Of a stretch of 64,000 bases of DNA, positions 36,471-56,845 are shown piece after piece. The position numbers were made by a program, and so were the translations under genes. Location of the stretch: assembly GCF_009914755.1 (NCBI RefSeq), contig NC_060947.1; one strand, written 5' to 3'. How positions within the stretch are numbered: the first letter of the stretch is position 1; every line of letters begins with the position of its first letter. Under the pieces are notes generated by a model. The model worked only from the letters and a program-made list of their open reading frames with translations. It was not told the DNA's origin and searched no databases. The DNA is from the human T2T-CHM13v2.0 reference genome, Homo sapiens.

Positions 36471-38741
36471 AGGAAATAATGCTTCCCAATTCATTCTGTG
36501 AAGTATTATCCTGATAGCAGAACCAGACAAAGACATTAGAAGAAAAGAAAACTACAGACCAAACTGTATCCAGTAACATAGAAAAAGGATTAAACACCAT
36601 GAACAAGTGAGATTTATCCCTATAATACAAAGTTTGTTGAACACCCAGTAATCAATCAATGTAATAAATCATATTAACAGAATAAAGGGCAAAAATCACA
36701 TAATCATATGAATAGACACAGAAGAAGCATTTGATAAAATTCAACATCTTTTCATGTTTTTTTAAAAAACTCCACTAACTAGGGTGAGAAGGGAATTTCC
36801 TCAACCAGATAAAGAGCATCCACAAAAAAAACAAACAAACTAACAACAAAAAACACAGCTAACATCGAACTTAACTGTGAAAGACAGTTCTTTTCCCCTA
36901 AGTTCAGGAACAAGACAAGGATGGCAGCTCTCACCACTTCTATTCAACATTTTATTGGAGAAGCTAGCCAGGGCAATAAAGCAAGAAAAATAAATAAAAG
37001 GCATCTAGATAACAAAGGAAGAAGTAAATATTTATCTTTATTTGTATATAAGTGCATAAACAATCCTAAGGAATTTACTAGAACCTAATAAAAGAAACAA
37101 GTTAGCCAAAGTCGTAAGATACAAGATCAATGTACAAAAAATATGTGTATTTTAAACACTAGCAATGAACAATCTGAAATGAAATTAAGAAAACAATTTT
37201 ATTTATGATAACAGCAAAAAGAATACTGAAAAATAAAATTAATAAAAGTGCAAGACTTATACTCTGAAAGCTACAAAACATTAACAAAAATTAAAGAAGA
37301 TCTAAATATATGGAAAGTCATCCTCATTATTCATAAAATGGAAAACTTAATATTTTAAATGTAATCTCCAAATTGAACTACAGATTCAATGCAATCCCTA
37401 TTAAAATCCCAGATGGCTTGTGTTTTGCAGATTTAATAAGCTAAAATTTATATGGAATGCAAGGAACCCTGAATAAGCAAAACAATCTTGAAAAAGAAAA
37501 TCAAAATTGGAGGCCTCTCACATCCTGATTTCAAAACTTACTATAAAGCCATAGTAATCAAGATAGTGTCATATACACTTAAAGACAGATATATAGTACA
37601 GATGTATAGATGTAAAGTGGAATACAATTGAGAGTCCAGAAATAAACCTTCATACTTATGGTCAACTGATTTTCAACAAGTATGCTAAAACAATTCAATG
37701 GAGTAAGAAAAGTCTTTCCAACAAAGGTGCTGGGACATCTGTATTTCCACATGTAAAGAAATGAAGTTGGATCTCTACCTCACACTATATACAAACATTA
37801 ACTCAAAATGGAACAAAGACCTAAATGTAAGAGCTAAAACTATAAAACTCTGAGAAGAAAATATAGGGGGAAATATGCATGACCTCATATTTGGCAATGG
37901 ATTCTTATATATAATACCAAAGCATAAAAACAAAAAAGAAAATAGATAAATTCAACTTCATCAAAATTTAAAATTTTCATGCTTTAAAATGACACTATCA
38001 AACAAGTGAAAAACTCATACAACAGAAGAAAATATTTGCAAATAATATACCTGATAAGGAACTTGTATCCATAAAGTATTAAAAACACTTACAACTCAAC
38101 AATTAAAAACTGAGTTAAAAATTAAAATAAATTAGAGTATTAAATTAATAATTCAGTAAAATATTTCATAGACGCTTCTCCAAGGAAGATATAAAAATGG
38201 CCAATAGGTACATGAAAACTTTCTAAATGTCATTATCAGGGAAATGCAAGTCAAATCCACAATGAGATACCAGTTCATACCCACTAGGATAACTACAATC
38301 AAAAAGATAGAAAATAACAAGTGTTGGGGGAGAATGTGGAGAAATTGGAACCCTCATACATTGCTGGTGGGAATGTGAAATGGTACATTCACTTTGCAAA
38401 GGAATTTACAGTTTCTCAAAAAGTTAAACATAGAATTGCCATATGACCTAGCAATTCTATTCCTAGGTGTATAACCATGAGAAATATAAACATATATGTC
38501 CACACAAAAAATTGTACATATACGTTCATAGCAGCATAATTGATAATAGACAAAAGGTGGAAGCAATCCAGATGTTCATCAAGTGATGAATTACTAAAAA
38601 TTATATGGTCTATCAATGCAATGGAATATTATGTGGCAATAAAAAGGAACAAATTACTGACACATGCTCCTACATGGATGAACCTCAAAATGAGATGCTA
38701 AGTGAAATAAGCCTGTCACAAAAGACCACATAGTGTGTGTC

Positions 38742-38862
38742 TATATATATATAAATATATATAAAAATATATATATAAATATATATAAAAATATATATAT
38801 AAATATATATAAATATATAAATATATATATAAATATAAATATATAAATATATATATATAAAA
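38742..38862. repeat. AT-only low-complexity/(TA)n expansion inside L1MB 3'UTR
   Basis: ~120 bp of ATATATAAA variants. Confidence 0.9.
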
Positions 38863-39217
38863 TGTTCAGAATAGGCAAATCTATTGAGACAGAAAGTAGA
38901 TTAATAGTTTCCAGAGGATAGGGAGAGAAAGGAATGGGAATGGTTGGTGACTGCTAATGGATAGGAGTTTTTTGGAGGAGGGTGAAAGATTCTGAAATTA
39001 GATAACAGTGATGTTTATACAACTATACGCATCTAAAAACTACTGACTTGTACACTTTTAAGGGGGCAGTCTGGGCACAGTGATTCACGCTTGTAATCTC
39101 AGCACTTTGGAAGGTCAAGGTGGGAGGTTCGCTTGAGCTTAGGAGTTCGAGACCAGCCTGGGCAACATGGCAAAACTCCATCTCTACAAAAAAAATTTTA
39201 AAAAATAAGCTAGGCAT

Positions 39218-44119
<4,902 letters not shown>

Positions 44120-44731
44120 TATGGGAACAACAGACACTGGGGTCTACTAGAGGTGGGGAGAAAGGGAGGGGGGCAAGGGCTGAAAAGCTACCTGTAGGGT
44201 ACTGCGCTCACTACTTGTGATGGGTTCAATCATACCCCAAACCGCAGTATCATGCACTATTCCTTTGTAACAAACCTACACATATACCCCTTGATTCTAA
44301 AATGAAAGAGAAAAGAAAAACAAAAGGACAATGTGGTATCAGTACAAAGACAGAAAAATAGAGCAAGGGAATAGAATAGAGTCCAGAAACAGACCCACAC
44401 ATATATGAATAACTGATTTTTTACATTATCAATATTCCTTGCAAGATGAGACTATAAAATACATCTTGGTCACTCTGTCTTGTGCCAGCTACCATGTCAT
44501 GAGTAACTCTTGGGAGATCCCCATGTGGCAAGGTACTGAGGTCTCTTGCCAACAACCATGTGAGTGGGCTTGGAATCCCCTAGCCTCACTCAAGCCTTCC
44601 GATGGCTCCATCCTCAGCCAAGTTTGACCAAAACCTCGTGAGAGAGTTGGAACCAGAACCTCTCAGCAAAGCCACTACTAAATTCCTGCTCCTCAGAAAC
44701 TGTGTGACATAATAAATGTTTGCTGTTTTAA

Positions 44732-44763
<32 letters not shown>
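44120..44763 (+). mobile_element. Putative L1 3' transduction (older L1 3' end + L1M + MLT1 fragments, polyadenylated)
   Basis: Lies between the L1PB 3' end and a ~29-nt poly(A) (44735-44763). AATAAA at 44711-44716; followed by the second TSD copy. Confidence 0.75.
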
Positions 44764-44768
<5 letters not shown>

Positions 44769-44898
44769 ACATGGTGGTGCACACCTGTAGTTCCAGCTGC
44801 TCAGGAGGCTGGGGTGGGAGGATCACTTGAACCCAGGAGATGAAGGCTGCAGTGAACTGTGATCACTCCACTGCATGCTAGCTTGAGTGACAGAGCTA

Positions 44899-45691
<793 letters not shown>

Positions 45692-48600
45692 CTAGACCTC
45701 AGAAAGTTCCAAGAAAAATGAACATTCTTAATATGTAAGTTGTTCTTACAAGTTAATTTTAAAAATCACAAAAGCAAAGGAGACAAATACCCAAAGATGA
45801 GACTAGACACAAATGGCTAATAAATATGTGAAGAGATCAAAAAGACAGCGAATAAGGGCTATGACCTCCATGTCGCTTGCTATATAAATGTCTCACTCAT
45901 TTAACCCTCACACCATCCTATGAAGTAGGCTCTCAGCTTCTTGCAGGGAATGCCGCAGACTACTCAGGACTGTGTATCACCTTGTCCCACTCATGGTTCT
46001 CTCCTGACCTGCAGTGGTGGAGTGTGCCCCCACAATGCCCATCTGGGCACCATTGACTCCAGTGGCCTGACTTAATCCAAGGGGTCACTGAAGGTATCAA
46101 GAGAATTCACTGGACTGCACACTTTCAGGCAAGACTCCTGGAAACATTATTTCCAGAAGTGGGAGTTTTGCTATATGCTAGGTGGCAGCACCTGAGCCCA
46201 TCTTCCCTAATGAGCTCCTGGAGTGCAAATATTCTGTGTGGCAGGCTACATGCAATATGTGCACACCCATCAGGCTTAGCAATTGGCCGGGCTGATAGGG
46301 AAGTTGTCAGCTGCTGATGGAAGCTGAGTTGCCCAGCGAGGGCACGCACACCCCTATGAGGAAGACCACTGTGCTCATGCCCAGCAGTGGACCCTGGAAG
46401 GCCCTGCTGGCAGGGCTGAGATTTCCTGCAGGAAGCTGTTCTGTACTACACCAACTGGAGGAAAAATGGGTAATCACAGTCACAGACTCCTGGACCTTAT
46501 TGCCTAGCTGTAGCAATTTCAGCCTGGACATTTTTAAAAGCAGGTGTTACCAATCATCCCCTTTGGACATAAAACCCCTTAATAAAGTGTCCACGGAAAG
46601 TCCATCCTGAAACCTGCAAGCTCGGGTCCTTGCAGAATAGGCTTGGGAACCTGACTGGGCTGCCTGCTTTTCAGGGTTATTAACTCCAAGCCAGGGCCTC
46701 ATTAAAACACGAATGGTAGGAGCAGGCAAGGGAAGGAGAGGAGGGTTGGAACACCTCAGACCCCCACAGTGGGCTCTTTTCCTTACTAGCCAGAGCTGAC
46801 TCTTCACACCAACGACTACTAAGAACTGAGTGACTGAAAGAGAGTCTCAGGTGAGTGGCTTCCATGGGGAGGGGAGAAGGTAAGGGTGACCTGCCTCAGT
46901 TTCCTCCAAGATCACCAGGTTGGAGAGAGACAAAATGTCTCAGGGAGCCATGGACAAGAGTGAGGGTGGGGTTGGTGAGCCCTCTACTCAAACGTGCTTG
47001 TTGGTTTGGGATTGGTGGCTAACTGGAAATGGCATGTGGTGAGGGGAAGTGACTTGAGTGTCTCTCTCATCTCTTTAAGTCTCAGGTCCTGGAACCTGCC
47101 AGGGTCAGGGGAGGCCCAGCAGTGTTTGTGAACTGGACTCACCTATGCTTATTCCTGGGAGAGACTGGCAGGATCTCTGTTGGAATCTCCCTCTTCGGTC
47201 CTGGATTCTTGACTTTTTCACGCATCTGATGTCTGTAGGAGTGTCCTAATTAGCTATAGCCTCTGTGTGTGACAGGATCTGGGAGACTGCTCATCTGGCC
47301 TGGGCAATCTGTCCTTCTGTCAAATGGTGAAACCAGAGAAGACTTTCCCTGAGATGAGGAGAGGGGAGCAGGAGGAAGGATGCAGAGCTAGTCCCTCCAT
47401 GTTCCATGGAGCATACAAGTCTTTGCTGTGGCCAACACCATTCCTTGACATCAGGGGCTGAGCTGCAGTCATCTCCGTGTCCCTCCCAGGAATAAAGGCT
47501 GTGTCTGGCATGTGGCTGATGTAGATACTTGTGGCTTGGAGCCAGAGAGACCTGCATAAAACTTTGGGTTCTGTTGCTTACTGGATGGGAGACACTATTT
47601 AAGTCACTTGGCTTCTGAGTGCACCAGTTTCCTCGTCTGTATATAGAATGAGTTTCTTATGAGAAAATGGATACAAACAATCTGGAATGTAGTAGGTGCT
47701 CAATAAATAGTGGCTGTCACTACCACTACCGCTGCCATCATCACCATCACCATTAGCATCTGTGGAGTGCCTCCTGTATGCCCATCCTTATGCTTGGCCT
47801 TGATGCATAAAGATAAAGGAGAAGCAGTCAGTGGTTTCTGCCCCAGGTTAGTATCTAGTGAGACAGCTAAGATGTACACAAATAATGAAAATCCAAGTGG
47901 AGATCTCGGGCAGTACAGTCAGAATATGGAGCTCAAAGAGAGGAACAGTCCCTGTGGGCTAGGGCCTTCCAGGAAGGCTGTCCAGAGGAGGTGGGTGCTC
48001 AGGCAGGCCTGAATAGATTAACTTCCAGTGTCTGGAGGGAGGATAGGGAGAAACGAGGGCGTTCCTGGCTTAGCTCAGCCCAGGCCAGCACCGGAAGCTG
48101 GCCGTGTCCCGGTCTTCTGTTCGGCTGCTGGGGGCGAGGCTCAGTGCTGGTTCAGCTTTAGGGATGCAAATACTTAGCTGGCCATCAGAGGTCGACAGAG
48201 TTTGAGAAATAGGCAGGCTACTAGGGAGCGGAAAAGATTGCTTGGGGACTCCACCACTTTGATTCAATAACCTGTCTCTTTTCCTCACCTCTTTTACTGC
48301 CTCTTTTCCTCACCTCTAAGATCACACCCTCTCCCTCCCTGGTCTTTGGAGCCCTAATTCCTTCAGGCACTAAGTTAGTGCAGAAGCTCCCAAACTTCCT
48401 GTATTCTGCACCTCTGCCAGGGACACCGATCCCAGGAGGAAAGTTCCCTCCCTCTCCACACCCCACCCTTCCCAGTTAAGGCAGGGGCTGCCGCAGGCTC
48501 TGCTTTGTGTCCTGGAGAAAGGCTGTGGAAGAAAAACAAGCCAGGCCAGGGAGATTGATGTTCCTCTGAGGGGCTGGCTTCCTGGCGAGGAAGATGCTGA

Positions 48601-50329
48601 GTGGTTTGTCAATCGAGGTTTGTCAGGGCCTCAGCCTCACCCCAACACTTCTTTGGGCAGCCCTGGAGAGGAGGATGTCTGGTGGGGGTGGGGCGGGGAA
48701 GGCTTGGTTGAGAGACTAAAGGCTTAGAGACTGGGCCCTTACCAGGACCTTCCTCATTGAAGGTGGGAAGGAAGGTCTCTAAACCAAGATAGACTAAATT
48801 GTGAGTGGGGAGGGGAGGTGTCAGACATCCTGGCTGGGTTGGCTGAGGGGCAGCTGGAGGGTGGTGGGCCTGGGTGCCATATATCTGCCAGTGGTTATCT
48901 GGCCAGCTGGGTCCAGCCCCTATTCTGTCCTCGGGATGCCCCAAGAGGCTCGTGGTCTCTCTCCTGGTAGGCCTGGGGTTATCAGCCAAGAAAGCCCAGA
49001 ACCTGACCCTTTAACCTCCATGGTTGGGTGGGAGGCAGGATGCTAGCTCGGAGTCCAGAGAGGGCTCAGAGCTAGGGGGCTGGAGCACTGAGGAAGCAGC
49101 TTGTCCTTCCCTCTGCTCCTCGGTTGCCCAAATGCACTCTCGGCTTGGGGTGTTCCTCCATAGGAACTTTATTCCCGGTGTTTGTGGGGCCTGACGTGTC
49201 TAGTGTGTTCACTCGGGAACCAGGAGGAGGACCTGGCAAAGATGCATCCCATCGCCCTCCCCCAGGCCCACTGGCCCTCTGAGATGAGGAGCTAGGCTGG
49301 GGTCAGTGACAGATGAGGACAGGTGCTGCTCCCTTCCCTCGAATTCCTGTGCCCCTGACAGTGATGAATGGCCCAGCCTAGCCTTGCACATTCTCCAGGT
49401 AACCAGAGCAAGAGAGCAACAGGCTTACCCTTACCTAGGCTGCCTCCTGCTGGGCTGGAGAGCAGAGGACAGGGGCACTACTGGAGGAAACTGAGCCTAG
49501 ATCAGTGAAACCCAGCAGGGCAGGGGTTTCTGAAGATGAGGCCTCTGAGGGCCCAGGGTCCCAGCTGCCCTTCAGAGGCTTGTCCACCTGTTATGCACAC
49601 CAAGCCATGCTCTGGCTCTCAGATGCCCTATTTCAGGCTCTTACAGGGACAGGGGGGCAGGTCATTTGCCTGCATGGAGCTTGAGGCTTTGGGACAGATG
49701 TCTAGGAGTCCAGGGTAGGGGTAAGGGGTATGAGGAGGAGATAAAGAGAGAAGGAGGGAGGGGGACCAGACCCATCTGAGGGAGAGAGGGGCTCCTCCCA
49801 TCCCTAGTGCCATTCTGCCATCAACCTGACACAGGCTAGCATCTGGCAAATCAAGATGATCTCAGTGCAAATACCCATAAACCAGGCATGCAGCTGGGGC
49901 AGGGACAGGGAAGGGCTGGGGAGAGAGTCTGGCTGAACCTTTGGCCTTTGGGACCACCCCCTTCTTCCCCAGCCACCGGGAACTCTCGTGGGTGCAGTGA
50001 AAACAGACTTCCAGATCTTACCCGCCTGAGGCTAGATCTCACCTAGCCCTGGGGTATGATGCAGCCACGTGGGGAAAGGAGGAAGAGTGGGAAGTCTCAG
50101 GTCCCACCCCAGGCTTGCCCAGAGACTGACCTACAGATAGGGTGAATTGGAAAAAAGCAAAGTATTCATTGAAGAGAAAGGGCAACCCAAGATCAGCATA
50201 GACCCCAGCTGGTCTCAGCTAGGAGGCAAGTGTGGGCAGAGGGAAGGACAGCAGAGAAGGGGGTGGTGGGAATAAGCTGGCTGAGCAAAAGAGCACTTTG
50301 CAGACTGAGGTTGGTGGAGCAGAGGATGC

Positions 50330-52680
50330 AGCCAGATTGAGCCTGGAGCCTTAGTTTTCTCATCTCTAAAACAGGTCTATCAATATCAACCTCAGGGATG
50401 TTGTGAAGATTAAACAAACATAATAGAGCACCAGGTGAAAGCACCCAGCCACACTGCCTGGCATACAGTAGGTGTTTAATAAATGGTAGCTCTCCCTCTC
50501 CTTGTAGGGAATAGGTGCCAGTGTATGTGAGATGTGCAGGTACAGGTAGTAGGTCTTCTAGGAGGAAGATAGGAGGCATGGGGCAGGCTAGAGATGACTG
50601 CAGACAAGAGAGAGGGTTGCTAGCCCCACTGGGTTGTCCCAGTTGGCAATGCCTTGGACCTCAAGTTAGGATCCTTGCTCCCTGACTCTTCAGTCTGCTT
50701 TTCTAACTGTTAGCTCTGGCTGGGCCTGCTGGCTTTCCCAGGCCCACACCTTGGCACACACTCCTTTCCACAGCCTTGGTATATCAGTGTGGCCTAGTTT
50801 ACATCCTGACTTTTCCACTTCCTGGCTGGGTGGCCTTAGGTGAGTTACTTCACCTCTCTGTGTCTCAGAGTGCAAGGCAGGCAGGGAGAAGTCAAGGACA
50901 AGGGCCACAGAAATAGAAAGGTGTGTGCATGTTCATACACATGTGTAGATGATAGTGAACATGAGAAACTCTGGGGGCTAGATTTTAAATTCCACGAGGA
51001 CAGTACCCGGTCCTGCCACCTTCTGCTGAATAAATGGATAGGTGAGAAAGAATGAGAGTTTGTGTGCATATATGTACAAGTGTGTGAGAATATGAGAGGA
51101 GATAAAAAATGTGCATGTGCCACACAAAGCATGTGTGAACAGGTGAGAACGTGTGTGACTGGGGATGAGAGTGTCTCTGTGGGAGGCTCTGCAGAAGAGT
51201 AAGAGTTTCCATTTAGTAAGTACCACAGTGGGCCAGGCATGATACTAAGCCCTTCACATGCATTGTCTCATTCACCCGTCACCACGGCTCTGTGAATGAG
51301 GGACGACCTCTAGGTTACAGACAAGTAACTGAGGCACACAGAGGTGAACTGACTTGCCCAAGGAGACACAGTTCATAAGCAGGGAACTCTGTGGCTCTGA
51401 AGTTTATACCTCCCTGCTGCTCATGGGTGTGGGAAGCTGAGCTCAGAAGGAGCAGCTCTGCTCTCCCAGGGCTGCACGATGCCCGAGGCTTCCTGCAGCT
51501 GCCAGATGTTCTCCTGCATCTCTGGGTCCAGGATCCCCCACATACAGGTATCAGTGTTTGGTGTTCCTTGTGGGCAGGGCTTGTTGGAGCTGCTCTTTGT
51601 GTCAACAGGGATGGCCCCGCTCAGAGGTCAGCACAGAGGCACTGCTCAGGAAATGCTGGTGGACTTGAAACCTGATAGTTGTGTGTGTGTGTGTGTGTGA
51701 GCACGTGCGTGGATGTGTTTGTAATGACACAGTAACCTGGGAGAAATGGGTGGGGAGTGACTGCCAATGGTATAGGGAGGGCTTGGATGAGAGGGCCCCC
51801 ATTGCTCACAGATCCTGACTTCCTCTCAGGCTCCCTTGGGAGTAATTTTTCCCTACCTCGGGGGCCTGAATCATTACATCTGAGGCCCCGCCAGGGTGGG
51901 TCAGGAGGTGGGAACCTGGAATCACTGGCCTAGCCATGGCAGGGAGTAGGCTCAGCTCTGCTCCTGAGGCCCCTGTAGCTGGTGTGGGCAGGTTGAGGCA
52001 GAAAGGCTGTGCTGTGAGCAGGGATAAGTAGCATGTGGAGCAGGTCTGGACATAAAGAGTCTTCTTCTCATTTCCTCTGCCACCCTGCCCACCGGGATTA
52101 GGTGCTGGCACACTCAGGAACTGCTTGTCTTCCCATGTTTCCCAAGACTGGCCGCATAGCCTCATCTCCCCATCCCCCACCTGGCCTTGGGCTCTCCTCC
52201 TGTGGGGCACCGGGCATGCTGGCTGTGGGGAGGAAGAATCAAGGCTGGCTCTAGGGTTGGCAGTGGTGGTCTTAGATGAGAAGAACTCTGGGCTATGGCC
52301 AGGAATATAGATGAACTTTCCAGGCCTGGCAACCTCTTGAAGGACAGTGAGGGAAGAGTCCTGGCCAGCCCCAGGCTGCTGCTGTCCATGCACGACCCAG
52401 CCTTAACCAGGAATGAACCAAAGAAGCAAAGAAGCAAGGATTGGCTGGGAATTTGAGCCAGTATGGTACAGGGGAATGGCCACAGGCTTTGGAGACAGAT
52501 GTCCCAGGAGTCAAATCCTGCTTTCACCACTGATCAGCTTGGTGATCTCAGATGAGTCACTTCTCTCTGAGCCTTACTTTCCCCTGTAGGTAAAATGGGG
52601 ATACTGAAACTCATTTCAAAAGGTTATGAAAGGAAAAGCATCTAACTTGGTTCTTGACAATAGTAGGCACTCAGTAAGCA
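50330..52680. mobile_element. Several MIR remnants (~50330-50490, ~51200-51420, ~52460-52680)
   Basis: MIR core motifs such as TTTTCTCATCTCTAAAA and GTAACTGAGGCACACAGAGGTGAACTGACTTGCCCAAGG. Confidence 0.6.
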
Positions 52681-54169
52681 GCAGGCTGCTTTCTGTATTC
52701 AGGTTTTGATGTCCTAGCATGCACTCCAGGGATCCCAGTCTCCCAGCTAGACTACTGGTGTGTCCCTACACCCTATTCATCTCATCTCTCCTTCCTTACA
52801 CCCCAATGCAGGGTCCAGCTGAGAGCTCAGAGACCCCAAACAGCTCCTTCTTTCCCTACCTACCCAGAGCCACTTCACCCTCAAGGGCTGCCCCTGGAAG
52901 TGGGAAGGGCCCAGATTTTCCCTATTTTCTCCTCTATTTGGGAGAAAATAAAAAGACAAAATCTGGGCTATTCCCACCTCTACAGCCACAAAGATCATCA
53001 GAGGATCCACTGAGAAACGCAGTAGCTCAGTCACCTATTAAGCGAGATGATGGACATGAAACTGTGTGAATGGTGGAGCACTTTGGGAATGTTGCTCATC
53101 TAATTATCTCCATAAAGAAAAAGTGGGGAGACCTTGTATTCTTGGCAGTCCCTAAGCCTACCCCAAACTCAGATATCCTTCTAGTTCTTTCCCTTCCTCC
53201 CCATACAGGGTGACGGTTTTTGCCAAGGCTACGCCTGTCCCAGGTCTTGTGCTATGGCAAGCTCCGGGTTTATCCCAGGCGCCCGCAGTGCTATGGAAGT
53301 CCAGCAGGGGGAGACATTAGCACGTGGGTACGTCCTCTGGGGTCCGACCAGCGAGAGTGGGTCGGACCTGGAAGGTCTGAGCTATGGGATCGAGCCAAGT
53401 TATAAGCAAAGAGGCAAGGCGGGGCGGGAAGAATGGGCCAGGGCTGGGAGACAAAGACCCAGATGGCGAGGCCGGGACAGGCTGGAGTCCGGCTTCTCCG
53501 GTCCAGGATGCCCGCTTTTGCTTTTTCAAAAGTCTCATGCCCTGTGCTTTTTCCTCTTTGCCCTCGAGGTGTCTTTCTTTATCGACGTGCCCTCTCATCC
53601 CCGCTTGCCTATCCCGGGACCTTGCCCGCGCCTTCGGACAGGACAAGACTAAATCTTGGCTCCAGAGGTCCCACAAGGCTCCCCCAGAAAGCTGAGATTC
53701 CGAAGGCCTGGTCCCCAGGGGCGATGAACACGCCTTCTCTCCCCACCACACCCCACCCTGCTCCCCGCCCCACCTCTAACCCCAATCAAGTACTGGACCC
53801 TCACCAGTTTCCCCCTCCCACTGTTCTCACTTTTATGTTCCTGACTCCGGGTCCAAGTGCAAGCAGACAGTGCATTTTGAGGGCGAGAGGAGGAAAGCCC
53901 ACTAAAGCCTTACGTGGGACTGGACGAGGAGCAGACAGGCTGTCCTTGACACGGAGGTGGGCACAGAGCAGGACTTCAGGGGTCCTGTGTGTAAAAAGAA
54001 AATGGAAATACTTTCCTGGGGTACTTGGGACAGGGTCAGTGGGCTGGGGTGTTGACCAGACGCGTGGAGAGGAGAGCAGGCCGGCAGCTCTTGAGAGTGC
54101 CAACTTCCCACGGGTTGAGCTCTCTGGGAACAGGACTGAGAGGGACCCAACCCTAACCGCACGAGCCGC

Positions 54170-54340
54170 ACACTCAGATTGGTGCCATCGGGCGCGCGGC
54201 GTCCTTAAGAGCTCCCTGAAACCCCGCCCCCTTCCTGCTCTGGGGGCGTGGTATGGGGCAAGGACCCCGCCACTGAGCTTGCTATTGGCTAAGAGAGCAG
54301 GGTTGGCCTTGCGTTCGCCTGAGCAAGGGAGTAGACAGCA
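54170..54340 (+). promoter_or_regulatory. EFNB1 TATA-less proximal promoter: inverted CCAAT boxes and Sp/KLF GC boxes
   Basis: ATTGG at 54178-54182 and 54284-54288; CCCCGCCCC at 54222-54230; GGGGCGTGG at 54243-54251; located at the 5' edge of the CpG island. Confidence 0.7.
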
Positions 54341-54589
54341 CAGCGGCAGCGGAGGGAGTCTATGCGAGCTGGACAGCAGTGGGAGGTTTGTGAGGCTCGC
54401 ACTGGCCGCAGACCCTCGGGCTCGATCGCCCGGGAGCCAGGACTCGGCGACGCGAGGCTGCCGGGCTACCCGGCCGAGGCTTCGGGGGCGCAAACTAATG
54501 GGACTGGCTCGCTCGGCAGCATCTCCCCGCTCTTCTAAGTACACTGAGCAGGGCCCGCGCTGAAGTAGAAGCTGTCCGGGGGCGCGTAG

Positions 54590-55246
<657 letters not shown>

Positions 55247-56845
55247 TGAGTAACTTATCTCCTCTGGACGCTGGGGTGGGAGGCACTCCTTCAGGGTGAG
55301 GCCGCACGCCCCGGAGTGCATGTGGGGAGGTCTTCGGAGGAGGAGCGGCGCCTCATTTTGTCTCCGGCTTTTTCGAGTGTTTTCCTGCGGGCGGGCGGAT
55401 GGAGCAGGGTGCGGCGGGGTGGGGTAGGGGCACTTGGCTGGGTTGTGACCCCCCGGGCTTCCCACCCCCTGCCTCTGCACGTCTTGGATGAAGTCGAGGT
55501 GGTCGCACAGGCGGAGCTGGGGAGTCCGGGCGCCCGAGAGCGCACCGGAGAACTGAGTGGAGGCGAGAACGCAGCTCCCTCCGGGGCCCCTGGGAACGTG
55601 GTGATTTTCGCCGAGAGCCGCTCCAGGAGCGAGCTTGACTCGGGCGAGGGACGAGGCCAGAACACGGGTTCCTCGTTTGCGTAGCTGTGGAGGGAACACA
55701 GAGCGGGACCCGGCGCTTGGGGTGGGTGGCAGCGCCAACATCCCCACTCGGGCTTCTCCCATTTTCATTTCTCTTTCTTCCCTGTTTTCCTCCCTGGCTT
55801 TTTGCTTTGCTGTCTCTTTTTGCCCCCCGCCCCTCCTTTCTCCCTGCCGGAGCGGTAGAAAGGCGGGCGCTGCTCCCAGGCTCACAAAGGCAGCGGGTGG
55901 AGAGGGGCGGAGTGGGAGAGTGGTCGTTGGGTAGTGGGGGTTCGAACCAGTGCCCGTCAGGGGTCCAATGGAGCCGGTAACAGAGCTTCAAGGGCCCGCC
56001 AGGGCGGAGAGTGGCGGCCGAGCTGTTGAGGGAGGTGGGTGGAGAAGGAGCGATTCCTGCCCAGGCAGGTCCCCTTGGCCCCCGAGTCTGTCCCCCAGAT
56101 TGGGAAGCTGTGCTTAGTTTTCCCCAAGGGGTTGGGGCGGGGAGTGGGCAGCTATATAAAGGACATCCTTTCTTTTCTTTCTTCTCCTTCCTCTGCACAA
56201 CTACCCCACCACCACCACACACACAACCCCTCCAAACAACACGCACACCTTTCAGGGCGGTGGCTCAGTGGTTTCTGGGCTTTTAGTGGGAAGTCGCTGG
56301 GGCTGTTGTAGTGACCTCTGGACCTTCTCTTTTGGCATCCAGGACTCAGGTTGGAACCAAGGGTCAAAATTGCCCTTCCTCTCAATTTTCTGGAGGTCCC
56401 AGCAATGTGCGAACAACCCCACTTAGCAGGAAACTGGGGAGCTTTGACCTGCTCCATCCGTGATCACTGATTCCTGTATCTCAAATTTCTTCCTGTCCAC
56501 TCTTGCTGCCCCACGCCGCCTCCCCCCCAGCCCCGCCCTGCCCCGGGTAACTTCCCAGGCTCCTGCCTACCTTGGCCTCTTGGGTCCCAGGGACGTTTGA
56601 TCTCTCAGCCCTGGAGTAGGAGAAGGCAGCTTTAGTTTTCTTCTCCTCGATTAAGGTAGAGTCCTATTACTGGTTGGTGGGATGGCTAAACCAGGGTTGG
56701 GGTGGAGGGCTCTCCCTGGGTACAAGGAAAGGGATTGGCAAGAATTTCTTTCCTACCCAGAAGCCAAACGGGGTACAACACTCTCCTAACAGCAGGGGCT
56801 CAAAATGCTCTGGGAGCTCTGGGCTGCTTGAGCCCAGGGGGGAAC

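Noticed and set aside
53433-54563. 376-aa + strand ORF, and overlapping 230-300-aa minus-strand ORFs across 53801-56246
   Set aside because: Low-complexity Pro/Arg/Gly/Ala translations with no recognisable domain, expected from stop-codon scarcity in a CpG island.
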